A stretch of 64,000 nucleotides of DNA from Octopus vulgaris (lineage: Eukaryota). Every line of letters starts with the position of its first letter. Positions within the stretch are counted from its first letter, which is position 1. The stretch covers positions 29,822,001 to 29,886,000 of the forward strand of contig OX597816.1 in the NCBI GenBank assembly GCA_951406725.2, written 5' to 3'. The notes under the pieces are model-generated. The model was not told where the DNA came from and did not search any database. It saw only the letters and a list, made by a program, of their open reading frames with translations. Positions 40,734 through 54,196 of this stretch are shown one piece after another. Position numbers and translations under genes: made by a program.

Positions 40734-42836
40734 TGTATGTATGTATGTATGTATGTATGTATGTATGTATGTATGTAGGTATGTAGGTATGTATGTATGT
40801 ATTAGTATATATTAGTTATGTTGAAACAGGTGATACGGGAAAGTGAAGCGTTGATGATAAAACATTTGTGAAGTGAATGATGGGCTAATTCGACTAAGCG
40901 ACATGTCATGCGTCAGTTTGGAAGAATCTAGGCCCTAATCTGTCATGAAAAATTGAGGTTGGAGGGATAAGTAATTTTTTGAACGCACTGAAAAGCTATC
41001 AGTGGATATACTCTCCTTCGCGATGGTCGGCACTGCGTTTAACACGACCCATCATATGGGTGACAGTCGAATGAATGTAGGTGTAACGGAGATATTGTAC
41101 GTAAATGGGTACATTCTGCAAATGGGCTACAATGGGAGACGGCAACGGGAAAATGAGCTGTTGAAATGTAGCAGAAAGCGAAGGGTTGACATTGGATTGC
41201 TGGTGTGGCTGTAGAATAAGAAACATAATCTGAGCCACACACACTCACAGACACATGCACATTCCTATACAAAATGTGACGACACTCACATACATATAGT
41301 AAGACAGATACACACAGACATACATAGGTTTTCATCTCATTGTTTTTTCAGCTGTCACATATGTATAAGTATGTGTAGATGTGTCTTTTAATCCAAATGA
41401 AAATAGAAATGATCACACATACACACATACGCTTTCACATATACTCACATACATATAGTTAGAGAGGCACACACTAGCAAACATTCACGCATGTCAGTCG
41501 TCACATATGTATATGTATGTGTAGATGTGTGTTTAATGACGTATGTAATGCGGAAGCACACTCACTCTCACGGACACATATACACTCATACACCCACACA
41601 AATACACTAACAGAAACATACACACTCATATACAAAATGTGACGTCGTTGTCGTCATGGTATAAAATGTCCTTTACTATCTTGTACGTATCGGAGGCACA
41701 AACACATACACAGACACATACACACTCATAGGAAATGTCCGGTACTATTTTTGACTATAGAAAAATTATCACTATGAAGTATTATATTGTTTTAATCGAA
41801 ATTTAAAATAAATTGCATGTTGACACTCGCGGAGTGTAATACTATATAGTAAGAGAGACACTCTGACATACATTCACGCATTTCAGTCGTCACATATGTA
41901 TTTGTATGTGCAGATATGTGTGTATATTTAATAACGTACCTAACGTGGAAACACACACATTCACACACACATACACATTCATACACTCACTCACATACAT
42001 TCAAAGACACATGCACAATCATATACAAAATATGACGTCGTTGTCGTCGTGGTATAAAATGTCCTGTACTATAGTTGGTTATAGAAAGATTATCTCTATA
42101 AAATGTCATTGTTTTAATCGAAATAAAAAATTACATGTTGACACTAGGGACGGTGTAATACTATTACCTGGTAAAATTTGATTTGGCTTGGTCGAGCTGT
42201 TTGAGAATGCATAGGGAATAGACAGACAAACAGAATTTTAGAGACACACACAGCCAGACATTCCTGCATGTCAGTCATCACATATTCATATCAATGTGTA
42301 GATATTAATGTTTAATAACGTATCTAACGCGGAAACACATACTCACAGACACACACACTCACGGACACGGGCACACACACTTACACAAATACACTCACAG
42401 ACACATACGCACTCATATACAAATGTGACGTTGTCGTTGTATCATCGTTATGGTCGAGCCGTTTGAGAATTCATAAGGAACAGAAAGATAAACATACAAA
42501 TAAATTTTGTCAGTCGTCACATATGTATATGTATGTGTAGATGTGTGTGTGTACGTTTCATAACGTATCTAACGCGGAAACATACACTCTTACAGACACA
42601 TACACACTCATACACTCACACACATACACTCGCAGACACATACACTTTCATATATAAAATGTGAGGTTGTCGTGGTCATAAAATGTCTTGTATTATAGTT
42701 GACTATAGTTGTTGACACTTGTGGGGTGTAATAACTATTACCTTGTAAAATTTGATTTCATTTGGTCGAGCCGTTTGAGAATGCATAGGGAACAGACAGA
42801 CAAACAAAGAATTTTTAATATATAATCTTTAAAAGA
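40643..42836 (-). mobile_element. Non-autonomous Helitron with internal imperfect tandem duplications
   Basis: Hairpin CCCGGCGTTGCTCGAG nearly identical to that of 8954-9348; opposite end GGAACAGACAGAC..TTTTAATATATAA..AGAT; repeated units across 41230-42810. Confidence 0.7.
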
Positions 42837-43583
42837 TAGTAAGATATGTTTGATAAATATTGATAACCGTTTGTTTGGGTAAATGCTTACTAAACTGAAG
42901 TGTATAACAGATGATTAAGATCATGTTTGTACATAGATACTTCAAATATTTCTGTTGCAGAGCTGACAACGCAAACATTGCTACCAGTATATTATAGCAT
43001 TGACTATCAACCTAAAACTACAAAGATATCGGCAGTCTGTGATAATGTTTAATTACTAACAGATTATTGTAATGGTTTCACAATAGCCACAAACTTTGAG
43101 TGATGTCTCTGTGCTAATAAAACGTGAATGAAGCACAGAATAAGGTGTGATGGTCTGTCAATGTGTGATGTTGAGTGGGTGTCTATGATGGTGTATGATA
43201 GCGGCTTCGTAAAGGAGGATGTTCTTTGGTGTGTTAGTGCCTGATGCGTGATTGTGTGGTGGTGTTTTAATAGGAACACTTCAAACCGACCAGTGTTTTA
43301 ACAGAAATGCAGTCAAATAGCTTCATATTAAAAATTCACAAACAGAGCAGAGGTGTAAGTGATAAAATGTTTTTTCATTTTTAACTGCGAAGTTTTCACT
43401 GTGAATCAATTATGGGTGTTCAAAGATGTGTGTGTGTGCAAAACATATATGTAGAGATCTGCAGGTTCAGATACACCAACATACACAGACATATATACAC
43501 ACACACACACACACGCACTCGCACACACTCACACTCATATATGTACTCACATATGTACTCACATATACACACACGCACACACG

Positions 43584-43628
<45 letters not shown>

Positions 43629-43657
43629 ATGTGTATGTGTCTTTATATGCGTGTATG

Positions 43658-43749
<92 letters not shown>

Positions 43750-43851
43750 TGTATATATTTATTGAGAGAGAGAGAGAGAAAAAAAACAAAAAAGGAAATT
43801 GAGATTGGGAAGTTAATAATTCCTTATTATTAACAGCAAACTAATCATCAT

Positions 43852-43936
43852 CTTTTACAGCTGTTTCAATCAATACCCTGTAAATATTAAGTAAATGTTA
43901 AATTTATATGATCTGAGCATAATATCTTCAGAGGGA
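43852..43936 (-). ncRNA. Hammerhead-like motif with intact core and eroded stem I
   Basis: CUGAAGA, long stem II (AUUAUGCUC/GGGUAUUGAU), GAAA-CAGCUG-UA. Confidence 0.45.
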
Positions 43937-44239
43937 AAATATACCCTTGGATGTTTTATCATATTTAGTATATTTCTATATTTATATCTATATATTTTTA
44001 ATGTAATGTTGAAATATCTTTAAGTGTATTTATATATTTATATATCTATATATTTTTAGTACATGATTTGTGCACATGGTAATTTTACAACAAAATATAT
44101 TTTAGCAACCTATCTTTTGTTTCTCATCATTGTTTTTTCCTATTTTCATATAGCTCAAATATACTGAGCACTTTGATGTGTCCTGTAAATAGAGAAAATT
44201 TCATGTCTTGAAAAGAATTTATATATGTATGTATGTATT

Positions 44240-44323
<84 letters not shown>

Positions 44324-44499
44324 AAGTCAAAGCACCTCTAGTACAAAATATTGTTAAATACGTGTATTATTATATAGGCATTGTGTATTTTCTAGTGGCT
44401 ACAATGGCGTAGCGGAGTACATAATTCTTATGTTGCCGGTGTTAAAACACCTCAGGGCCATGAGCAGGCGAGATAACTCATCTTCAATCCCATTCGTGA

Positions 44500-44545
44500 G
44501 GGATGGACATAAATGTTCGCCCTTTTAGTGGCTTATCAACACCAC
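44500..44545 (-). ncRNA. Type I hammerhead (U3-A8 core, one A missing from GAAA)
   Basis: GGUG-UUGAUAA-GCC..GGC-GAA-CAUuuAUG-UC-CAUC. Confidence 0.5.
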
Positions 44546-44854
44546 CTACCCATCTAGCTTGAAATCGAGTCAGCTAGCCAGTCCAACCACTAATATACTC
44601 ATGGTTTGTAAACTCATGAGCTGGTATGCCCGGAAATTGCATAACTAAGAGAAAATGTACATATGAAGTAAAATCAGCTCTAGTATAATAAATAGTGTTA
44701 AATACATAAACTAATGTATATGCATGTGTATCTTCCGGTGGCTGCAATGAGGTAGTAGAGTGTATAATTCTCATGTTACCGATGTTAAAACTAAGCCATG
44801 AGCATATAAGTCGTTGGACTTGGTAGCTGACTCGCTTTTTATCCAGGCGGGTAG

Positions 44855-44901
44855 GTAGTGCTGATAAACCACACAAATGGCGAAACATCGCTGTCCATTA
44901 C
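44855..44901 (+). ncRNA. Type I hammerhead (C3/A8 mismatch core)
   Basis: GUAGUG-CUGAUAA-aCCA cacaaa UGGc-GAAA-CA ucgc UG-UC-CAUUAC. Confidence 0.65.
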
Positions 44902-45089
44902 TCATAAATGGGATTAAGTGAGAGTTATCTCGCCTGTCCATAGATCTAAGTTATATATTCCGCTACGCCATTGCAGCCACCGGAAAATACACAAAGCATA
45001 TACATTAGTATATGTATTTAACAATATTTTATATATCTGTCTATCTATCTATCTATCTATCTATCTTCTCTCTCTCTCTCTCTCTCTCT

Positions 45090-45148
<59 letters not shown>

Positions 45149-45322
45149 GCATCTAATATAGGATTAAAAATTTCGAAAAGAATTCTATCAATGGCCAACA
45201 TATTAAAAAATACCCTTAAAGGTTAAATTTATAAACAAGGGCAAAATAAAAATATTCTAATGCCAAATATATTTTCGGCATATTTGGCATTATAATTCTT
45301 TTCTTTTGCCCTTGTTTATAAG

Positions 45323-45389
<67 letters not shown>

Positions 45390-46566
45390 CATATAACATT
45401 AGTAGAGTTAGAGGCTGGAATAAATAACTGTCTAAGAAATAAAAATACCCGTTACACTACCGGTATAATTATCTGTGTTAACCCTGGACATACACATGTA
45501 ATCATATTATGCCCATAGTTTACAGGCAATGACAAAGGTATGTTTCTTTATTAGTCACAAAGATAAACATGAGTTTATCGGGAATTAAATTTTAGGTACC
45601 CATCAATTAATTACAATTATTTACTTACTGATATGTTGTAAAGTCCAACCACCTATTACCCGTAATGTGATTGACCACAGAGTCCAGCTTTCGATATAAC
45701 TTGTCTGTTAAATTAAAAACCAAAGAGCAAGCGATTAAGACCCTATCACGAGTAGGTGTAAATAAATAGATAAATTGAAAATAAAAGTATGGAAAAGTAG
45801 TATATGTTGTAAGTGGCTCAAAAATCGCTTAGGATATTTTATAGAAAAAAACAAAGAAACATGTAAACAATTACAATGCGAAGGAATAAACAATACCAGC
45901 TGTGTTATTAAAACCTAGATAGGTCCCTCTTTGGACAATTGTGAATTAAGGCAGTTGATGGGGGGATGGACAAATGCTTTATAAAATAGGAGTGTGAAAT
46001 TAGTAGAAAAAGAAAGGAATTAATTAGTAGGAAAGGAAATAGGGAGAGTGATAAAGGTGAAAACTACGGTTAAGGGGAGGTAATGACTAGGGAAGCGACA
46101 TAAATTTGGCTAACTTCTGAACTAACATCCACAGTACCTAGCAGTGGGCTGACTAGATTGTCTAGTTAGCCCAGTGCTTAGATACTGCGGATGTTAGTTC
46201 AGAATTTAGACTTTATATTATAATTCAGTTTAGGTCTCAATATTATGATAAACTATTAATTAGTACTATGGGTATAGTACTAATTTTAGAACTACTATAA
46301 TTACTTCAAAACGTTATGGCACTCTAACTCCCTCTTTGTCTAAACCTATTGGTGTATCCCGTTATGGTAAATTTTTTATTTTACTTTTTATTACTTACCT
46401 ACCCTGTTGCCCCAATAGAAAAATTAACCCACCAATTACTAATTTGATTTTAATCATTTATTCAACGTCCTCAAGCGACACATAGGCAAAATGGTATGAT
46501 TTAAATATATTAAACCTTTCATCTTCTCGTGGCTATTTTTCTTTTCTTTTATGTGTGCCTTTTTCT

Positions 46567-46685
46567 CACTTTGATGAAGCCCCATTTTTCCAAATCGGAT
46601 GTATTACGAACTATGATGAATATTATTTTCAGAACTTGCAATGGCAATGCCATAGAACATTGGAAGCAGAAACAGCTGTTAGATG
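46567..46685 (+). ncRNA. Degenerate hammerhead-like motif with long stem II
   Basis: CACU-UUGAUGA-aGCCCCA...UGGAAGCa-GAAA-CAGCUG-UU-AGaUG. Confidence 0.4.
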
Positions 46686-46770
46686 GTATACAGCCTATTT
46701 GTATTAAAAAGTAATAATTGATGTTAGTCAATTGTTGTTGATCAATAGTTCTCCATTTTCTGTTTACTTT

Positions 46771-46808
<38 letters not shown>

Positions 46809-46842
46809 CGTGTGTGTGTGTGTATACTATGTGTGTGTATGC

Positions 46843-46896
<54 letters not shown>

Positions 46897-46928
46897 ACAT
46901 CTATATATATGTATGTATATGTATATAA

Positions 46929-46968
<40 letters not shown>

Positions 46969-47289
46969 ATACCATTGAATTTTATTATTTTATATCAGTA
47001 GATAACCTGTTGTTCTAAATAGGAATTAAGTCATATTATTCTTCAGTGAAATATAGGCTTATACAAGAAAGAATTAATTAGAAGAAACGTGAAACAGTTT
47101 TGATATAAATGAAACTTGGAATGAAACAAAGGAAATAATGGTCTTTATGATTTTATTTCTTTATACAAATCGTATACAAATTTCCTGAACAGAAAATTCT
47201 GACAATGTCTTATGATACTTTCACAGGCGTCCTACTCCTGCAGTATCTCTTTGACGCTTTAAATTGTCTTTGGTTACCATAAATCGTTA

Positions 47290-48420
47290 CGTATGAAGGA
47301 TCTTAACTCCTAACAAATGCAATATAAGACAAACCATAAATGAGTATTGAAGCTCGAAGATAAATATCACATTTTTGAAACTTTGCCCCTGACGTCTGTT
47401 AATCGACGGGGCGACACTTTATAAGGTTTCTGACACCTTTATACGGTAAAAAGGCAAATTCGTATTGGATGGTTGCAATTTTCCACAGAAAATCTACAGA
47501 GTATGTCCTTCCTGAACCAGTTTCAGTAATTTTATTTACTTTTATGATCATGTGGGTAGCAGATAAAAACGTATAATATTTCAGTTAAAGTGTATGTGTA
47601 AACTATTAAGATTCATCAGCAACAAAATGGAAGCTCGAAATTTTAGTGTGATAATGTGAAGTGACACTCTGGTTATATTGAAGAGGGTTACGATGTTCAG
47701 GTAGGTCAAAGCTAGCTGGTTATCGTGAGAAATAGTCAACATATTTAAGTATAGTAGTCCTTCTTGGATGCTCCATAATTTCACTGTTAAGAGTGTCTAC
47801 TTCTTCATCTTGCAATTTTAAAATATCTCTTGATTATAACCACTGGGCATTGCAATTAAATTTTTAACCTCATGTATACATGTAGAATTCATTCTTCCTT
47901 GCTTTTGGCAGGAAACGAAAGAAGTGTTTCAGTGGTATCTCTTTATTAGTTTCTAACAACACAAAAATTCTGCCTTCACCCAATTACCAGTCAGCATAAT
48001 GCTATTTCGACAATTCAGAATTCTCATACTAGTATTGAGATGGAAAACTTAGCACGAGTTCCAAATTTTGCAGGGTTTTTTTTCAAACAAACACCAATAA
48101 CAGAAGAGTGCAATACCTTTCCGTGTTCCAGTTTGAAACTCGCGAAAATCTCCTCCAAGAATAAGTTCGTTTCTGTTTGGCTAATTATATGCTCCAAAAT
48201 GTTCATTAACGGTTTTTATTTCTTTTATCAGCATGTAAACCTATTTCCACATCCGCAGGAATATTTCCAGCACCAGTTTGTTTTTGCACTGATAAGACAG
48301 ATAAGTAAGACTGTAGCTAACTATTTCTGAACAAAATCAAAGGAGAATGAATTATCTGAAATATATTTTCATTGTGAACTCGGCATTGGTTTTTGGCACT
48401 TTTTCAATGAGTTGCCTTAT
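47290..48420 (-). pseudogene. Second, older Helitron Pif1-like helicase remnant
   Basis: LILGGDFRE, FHLNTSMRI, HIITLKFRASILLLMNLN, INRRQGQSFKNV, YGLSYIAFVRS across frames. Confidence 0.7.
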
Positions 48421-49000
48421 CTGTTTCTCTGAGTCATAGTAGTTAGTTTGTAAGTAACTCGGTACATTACCTATTTCGTTTCTTAAAGGTCCTATAAATC
48501 TGTTTATAATTCTGTAATCTATAAGCGGCAAATCCTCTTGTTACAGATACATAGTCTACTACTTTCATAGATCACAAAGCCATTGTATTGGTGAACTTTC
48601 TTGTATTACGCTTGTAATACTTTGTTTTAGTTATATACACAGGTCAGTAGTACTTGAAATTTTTACATCTCTTGATTTGCACTATAAACTAAAACAAAGT
48701 TTGTTTACTGAGACAAATGTTTGTAAAGTGGGAAACATTAAAGTGTTGCTGTCGCGGTACTGAACCACGAATGATCCACAACATTTGCAAAAAATATATA
48801 TAATTAATTCTAGCTATATTAAGTGCTAAACTTTGATTATTCTGGCAATACCATCTGTCTTGAGCAGTCTCTATTTGCCGAATATTTTTTCATTTCTTTT
48901 TCTTTCTCTTTTTGTAGAATACCATAGCTGTATGACAAAGCATACCTATATCACATGTACGTGTTTTGTGTAAGTGTGTGTGTATGTGTGTGTGTGTGTG

Positions 49001-50240
49001 TAGGTGCAAGGTTATTTGAGGATATCTAAATATCATTGTATTACTCTTTTCAAACCAATTAAAAGATTTTTTAAAATTTATTTCAGACTTTCAGACCCGC
49101 CAAAGCAGATAAAACAGTAAGGCAAAAAGCTAAAGGACATGCAATATTTGTTGCTTTATGTGCGTAACATAGCGAGTTACTTTTCTAAATATGGAATGAT
49201 CTTTTGTGCACAAACTTTAGATGGGGTTGGAAGGTTCTGGTGGGAATATCTCAATTGTATCAATGGAAAAAATATTCTAAACGTTCGGACACTACAAGGA
49301 CACAGCAATTCATCCATTGGAACCAAAATATTGATGATGATTCTGGAAAATCAATGAAATCCGTGACCAAAGAATTTCAAGTAGCAGAGTGAACTGTCAG
49401 AACTGTGGTGCTCAGAGAAATTTTATGCAAGTGGTATATATTAAGAAGACGCCAATTCATCTCTGCAAAGACAGGAAAACTCCTTGGTCCGAGCCAAATG
49501 ATTTCTTTAAAAGATTGAAAACCTTCAGAAACAAAGCATGTCTTGCTGCTTCTCTGATGAGAAAAAGTTAAACTAAAAGCAAACTACAAACAGAAGAAAT
49601 GACAGATGATTATGTGCAGATCCTTTCGATATTTCCAAAGTAATGCGTACTGAGTTTCCAGCAACTGTGATACTTTTAGGAGTAGTAAGTAACCAGGATG
49701 ATGTCATTCCACCCACATCTTGCCACATCTTTTGATGTTAATAGATTCGTTGAGGTGCTGCAGGCAGTTGTTAAGCCATAGATGTATGAAATATGCAGCG
49801 GAAGGCCATATGTTTTTCAACAAACTCAGAACTCGCAATGCCCACGTAACCCAAGAATGAATTGAATTTCAGACAATCTTTAAGACTCTCTACCACCAAA
49901 CACGTGGCTTCCAAACTCGCTAGATTTAAATCTCATGAGCTATTTCCTTTGGAACGTTGTTGAAAAGGAGACTAATCGACATCTTCAAACTGCCATAGCA
50001 TTTTTGAAAGCCTGTATTGTCCATATATCCGAAATGAATAAGGACCATTTAGCGTAAGAATGCCAACGATTTTCTTTCCGCATTGAAGCAGTTATCGAAG
50101 ATGAAGGCAGATTCATAGAATAAACTTATAAGCAAGCTTATCCGGAACAATTTCACAATTTTTTTTGTTACAATAGAAATTCTCTTCTTTTTCTTTTGTT
50201 TTATTAAATTAACAAATATGTTCAATACCTCTCGCACTCA
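49001..50240 (+). mobile_element. Degenerate maT-like (DD37D type) Tc1/mariner transposon
   Basis: SDEKK, NRRNDR, FPATVILLGVVSN, YVFQQ, WLPNSLDLNLMSYFLW, RIEAVIEDEGRFIE*; eroded TIRs. Confidence 0.8.
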
Positions 50241-50247
50241 CGCCCTT

Positions 50248-50297
<50 letters not shown>

Positions 50298-50345
50298 TTT
50301 CTTTATATATGCGTGTGTGTTTGTGCGTGTGTGTGTGTGTGATTG

Positions 50346-50383
<38 letters not shown>

Positions 50384-50530
50384 GAAATATAAATAAGGGT
50401 GTCTGAGAGACACCACCATGCCGAAATAGAGGTCAAAACCCTAACACTAAAAGCCACCTTAAATGTTCCTATCGCACCATGAGATAAGACAGATTGACAA
50501 AATAAACTAGCAAAAAGATATTACTGGATA

Positions 50531-50589
50531 ATTCAAGATCCTGGATTTCTAGCTTTACTTCAAATAAGCTCTGGCTTCATCAGTTGAAT
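50531..50589 (-). ncRNA. Type I hammerhead ribozyme (left arm)
   Basis: AUUCAA-CUGAUGA-AGC..GCUa-GAAA-UCCaGGA-UC-UUGAAU. Confidence 0.75.
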
Positions 50590-50936
50590 AAATCAGATGG
50601 GCACATAAATACAAATATATATATATACAAAACACACATTATACTTCATATACGAACGCCCATACATACATATATATGCTCGTATGTACAAGGCCAGTTC
50701 AAATTGCCCGCCAACCACCTCATAAGCGCGACATGGTCAAAATAGATTTATATAATTCGTCAGTATATTCACTGTGGTGTTTATTTTGACCATGTCGCGC
50801 TTATGAGGTGGTTGGCGGGCAATTTGAACTGGCCTTGTACATACGTGTCATATATATGTATGTATGGACGTTAGTATATGTAAGTATAACGTGTGTTCTG
50901 TATATATATATTTGTATTTATGTGCCCATCTGGTAT

Positions 50937-50995
50937 ATTCAACTGATGAAGGCAGAGCTTATTTGAAGTAAAGCTAGAAATCCAGGATCTTGAAT
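50937..50995 (+). ncRNA. Type I hammerhead ribozyme (right arm)
   Basis: AUUCAA-CUGAUGA-stem II-GAAA-UCCaGGA-UC-UUGAAU; canonical core, AUC cleavage triplet. Confidence 0.75.
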
Positions 50996-53900
50996 TATTC
51001 AGTAATATCTTTTTGCTAGTCTATTTTGTCCCTCTGTCTTATCTCATGGTGTGATATGAACATTTAAGGTGGTTTTTAGAGTCAGGGTTTTGACTGCTAT
51101 TTCGGCATGGTGGTGTCTCTCAGATACCCTTATTTATAGTTGTAAAAAATTGTTACCTTTGTATGGTATTTATTCCCATGCTGGCCACTTGATAATATCG
51201 ATATTATCCTTATTTATAAATATATATATACATATATACATATATACATATATATATATGTTCACGCACATATATATACATATATATGATGATGGATTCC
51301 CTTGTCGTGAACAACAAATGGGGTTTGAGTAAAATAAAGCGTTAACCTCTTGAGGCCTGCTGCTACCTTGCAAACCTTTTGGTAAAAGGAACAAGTTGAG
51401 GACTCAATTTGCTTGAGTGATTGTGGATCATTTACTATGCGTTTTCGTGAGTGGGCGCCAAAGCCTATTTGCCACAAACAGACTTCCATTTTCAATGACT
51501 ATCAAAAACTTCTCCATATCAGTATATTACAAATCTTTTCAACTGTCGCTTCTATTTCGGTATTGATATAATCTTACCCGACACAAAACAAATAGGTCAT
51601 TTTCCACCAACAATTCTGCTTCTTCTGACAGCATTATGAAATTCAACCACCCGACGATGTTTTTCGCCGCCGTGACTACACCAATGCTGGTACTTCTGCC
51701 TTCCTATTTCGAAACCCATCCCCCAAAAAACTTTCTTTCAAAGTTGTTTTCTATTCAAACACCCAATCTCTATAGTACACCATCCTCAGACAATTCTCTC
51801 TCACCCAATCCGACCCTACCACTACCCTTGTTATTCCTCCTCTTTTTCCAGACGACTACGTAATCTACTTACAGTTTCCTTCTAAATCACTTCCTAAACC
51901 TTAAAAATGCGTTGAAGAATTTCATTCCTGGGGGCGCTATATCGGAATAAAAGAAGAAAATACTCACGTCTGGCAATTAAGCGACGTCACTGTTCTGACT
52001 GGTTGGTCTAGAAGTTCACTTCGTATCTATGTTTTGGGGTTTAATTACACTGCACGGCATTGGGTAATTGTTGTTTATCATTGTCTCAGCTCGAATAAAG
52101 CCTTGTGAATGAAATGTGTTTGGGGGAAACTACGTGGTAGCCTATATATAGCACCATTCCTATTCTTGAACAGTATATGTAACTTGTAGCCCGGTTTAAC
52201 ACCATCCCCTGGCCCGTTATGTGCGTAGCTTCCTCCCTTCCTGACAACTCACTTACAGAGAAAGGATATTGTTGCCATTTTTTATCTTCTGACTAAGCCG
52301 TTAATAAATTCTGATGTGATTTAGTTTTAGAAACACATTAATTTTTTCAATTACATTAAGAATAAATTTGTTTATGAAATCTTTGAATTCCTACTGAACG
52401 TTTAATATATCTTGCAAAATATTTATTTTCGTGGCAGTATAAATATTTTGAATCTAATTAACTTTATTAATTGAGCTTTATGATAGAAATCTCACCCCCT
52501 TTTCCTATGTTGGTTTTGGTTGAATAAACTTTATTTTTATCTTCTTCCATAGAATCTACAAATATTGGTAATTTACGAAACGACCAGGTACAGGGGTGAG
52601 GCCAGTGAGTTGTAAAGGATCGAAGCGTTCACTACTCAGAGTATAGCAATATAATATGGATCACCGCACAAAACAATGGGAGCAGCGGTTTAGTTTCAGT
52701 GTATAGTGATCTATACCCATCTATGTTGTAAGTCTGTTGAGATTAAAGTGTTGTTTATGTGGTCTAAGTCTCATCTCGTTTATACGTCAATTTAGCGCAT
52801 TACCCAATGAAGGATACATCTGATCAAGAAAGCCAAGTAATTCGATCAAAATGAAGGACTGATTTCAGACGCCTCATTCAGAAATACGAACGAAAGAAGA
52901 AAGATAAAAAGATATCGCGAGTGAGATATGTCAGCAGCATAATTGTAAATAGTTTCGAATAATGGCGTTTGTTTCTAATGGTGGACAGAACGTCTAAAGG
53001 ACGCATAAGTACGGCGAATTTTCGCAGACAATAATTTGGTTAATGTCTGCACATATCTATAGGAGATTATCGTTGGTTCTTTCACAATGATTAAGGTAGT
53101 TCGTCTAATTCTATATATATATTTCATTTGTTCATTCTATAAGTAGTTGGGCCATAAAACAAAGATATTAGTAGAAACATTTCACTATATGCATCAATAA
53201 ACTTGATATATATCTCCACAGCAACCACCACAATTATCGATTTACCGACAAACATACCATTACACCACTATCATCGTTCTCTCATTCCATCTCATTTGGT
53301 GTGTAAGTGTGAATGCATTTGAATGTATATTCGTGAGTGTATATATATATGTGTGTGTGTCAATGTATATGTTTGTGTATATACATATATTTAAGTATGC
53401 ATGAATGATATACATATATGTGTGTGCATGTGTGTGCATTTGTGTGTGTGTGTATGTGTGGAGAGAGAGAATAAGGGAGAGAAAGAGAGAGTGGGAGAAA
53501 TGGCTACATAGATAATCAAAGTATGCATATACTTGTGCGTGTGTATACAACTTTTGTGTATCCATGAAATATGAATGTACAGAAACGTAGTCACATACAC
53601 ATATACACATATACGTATAAAAACAGTCCCATACACACATTCACTCATACACACACATGTGTGCGCATACAAACAGTCACATACACACGTTCACGCATAC
53701 ACACACATATGTACGCATAAAAATGTCACATACACACACTCACTCACAGATACACTTACACAAACATATAGCTCTTATTTCTAGCAATGTAGGTATTTAT
53801 AACACACTCAGTCATATTTAATGACGGTTATAGTTCTTCTTGTTCGTACACATTTGCTTACTGCACACACATACACACATACACACACACACATAAATAT

Positions 53901-54109
53901 ATATATATATATATATATACAAACGTACATAGATATATTCCCGAGCGTTATACTAATACATCTGTTTCTTGTCTACACCACCTATCTTCGCCTTCTGCGT
54001 TTTTATTGTGAATTCTCCCCATACATATATATATATATACAAATGTATATTGATGTGTCAAATCAATGCGCGCGCGCACACATACACACATATATGTTAG
54101 TGCACCTAA

Positions 54110-54192
<83 letters not shown>

Positions 54193-54196
<4 letters not shown>

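Larger units (their letters stand above)
44345..45030. mobile_element. Fold-back element with diverged ~250-bp arms and a hammerhead on each arm
   Basis: 44345-44610 is the reverse complement of 44790-45030; extra direct copy of the terminus at 44690-44800. Confidence 0.8.
50388..51215. mobile_element. Long palindromic PLE-type element (arms ~357 bp, 37-bp spacer, 3' tail)
   Basis: 50388-50744 is the close reverse complement of 50782-51138; same family as 27883-28405; located in (TA)n. Confidence 0.9.

Noticed and set aside
42961-43052. Plus-strand exon after ttctgttgcag
   Set aside because: Short frame ending in a stop, with no partner exons or recognisable homology.
51500-51900. C-rich stretch as a LINE remnant or exon
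   Set aside because: Composition is suggestive, but I could not identify a diagnostic motif.
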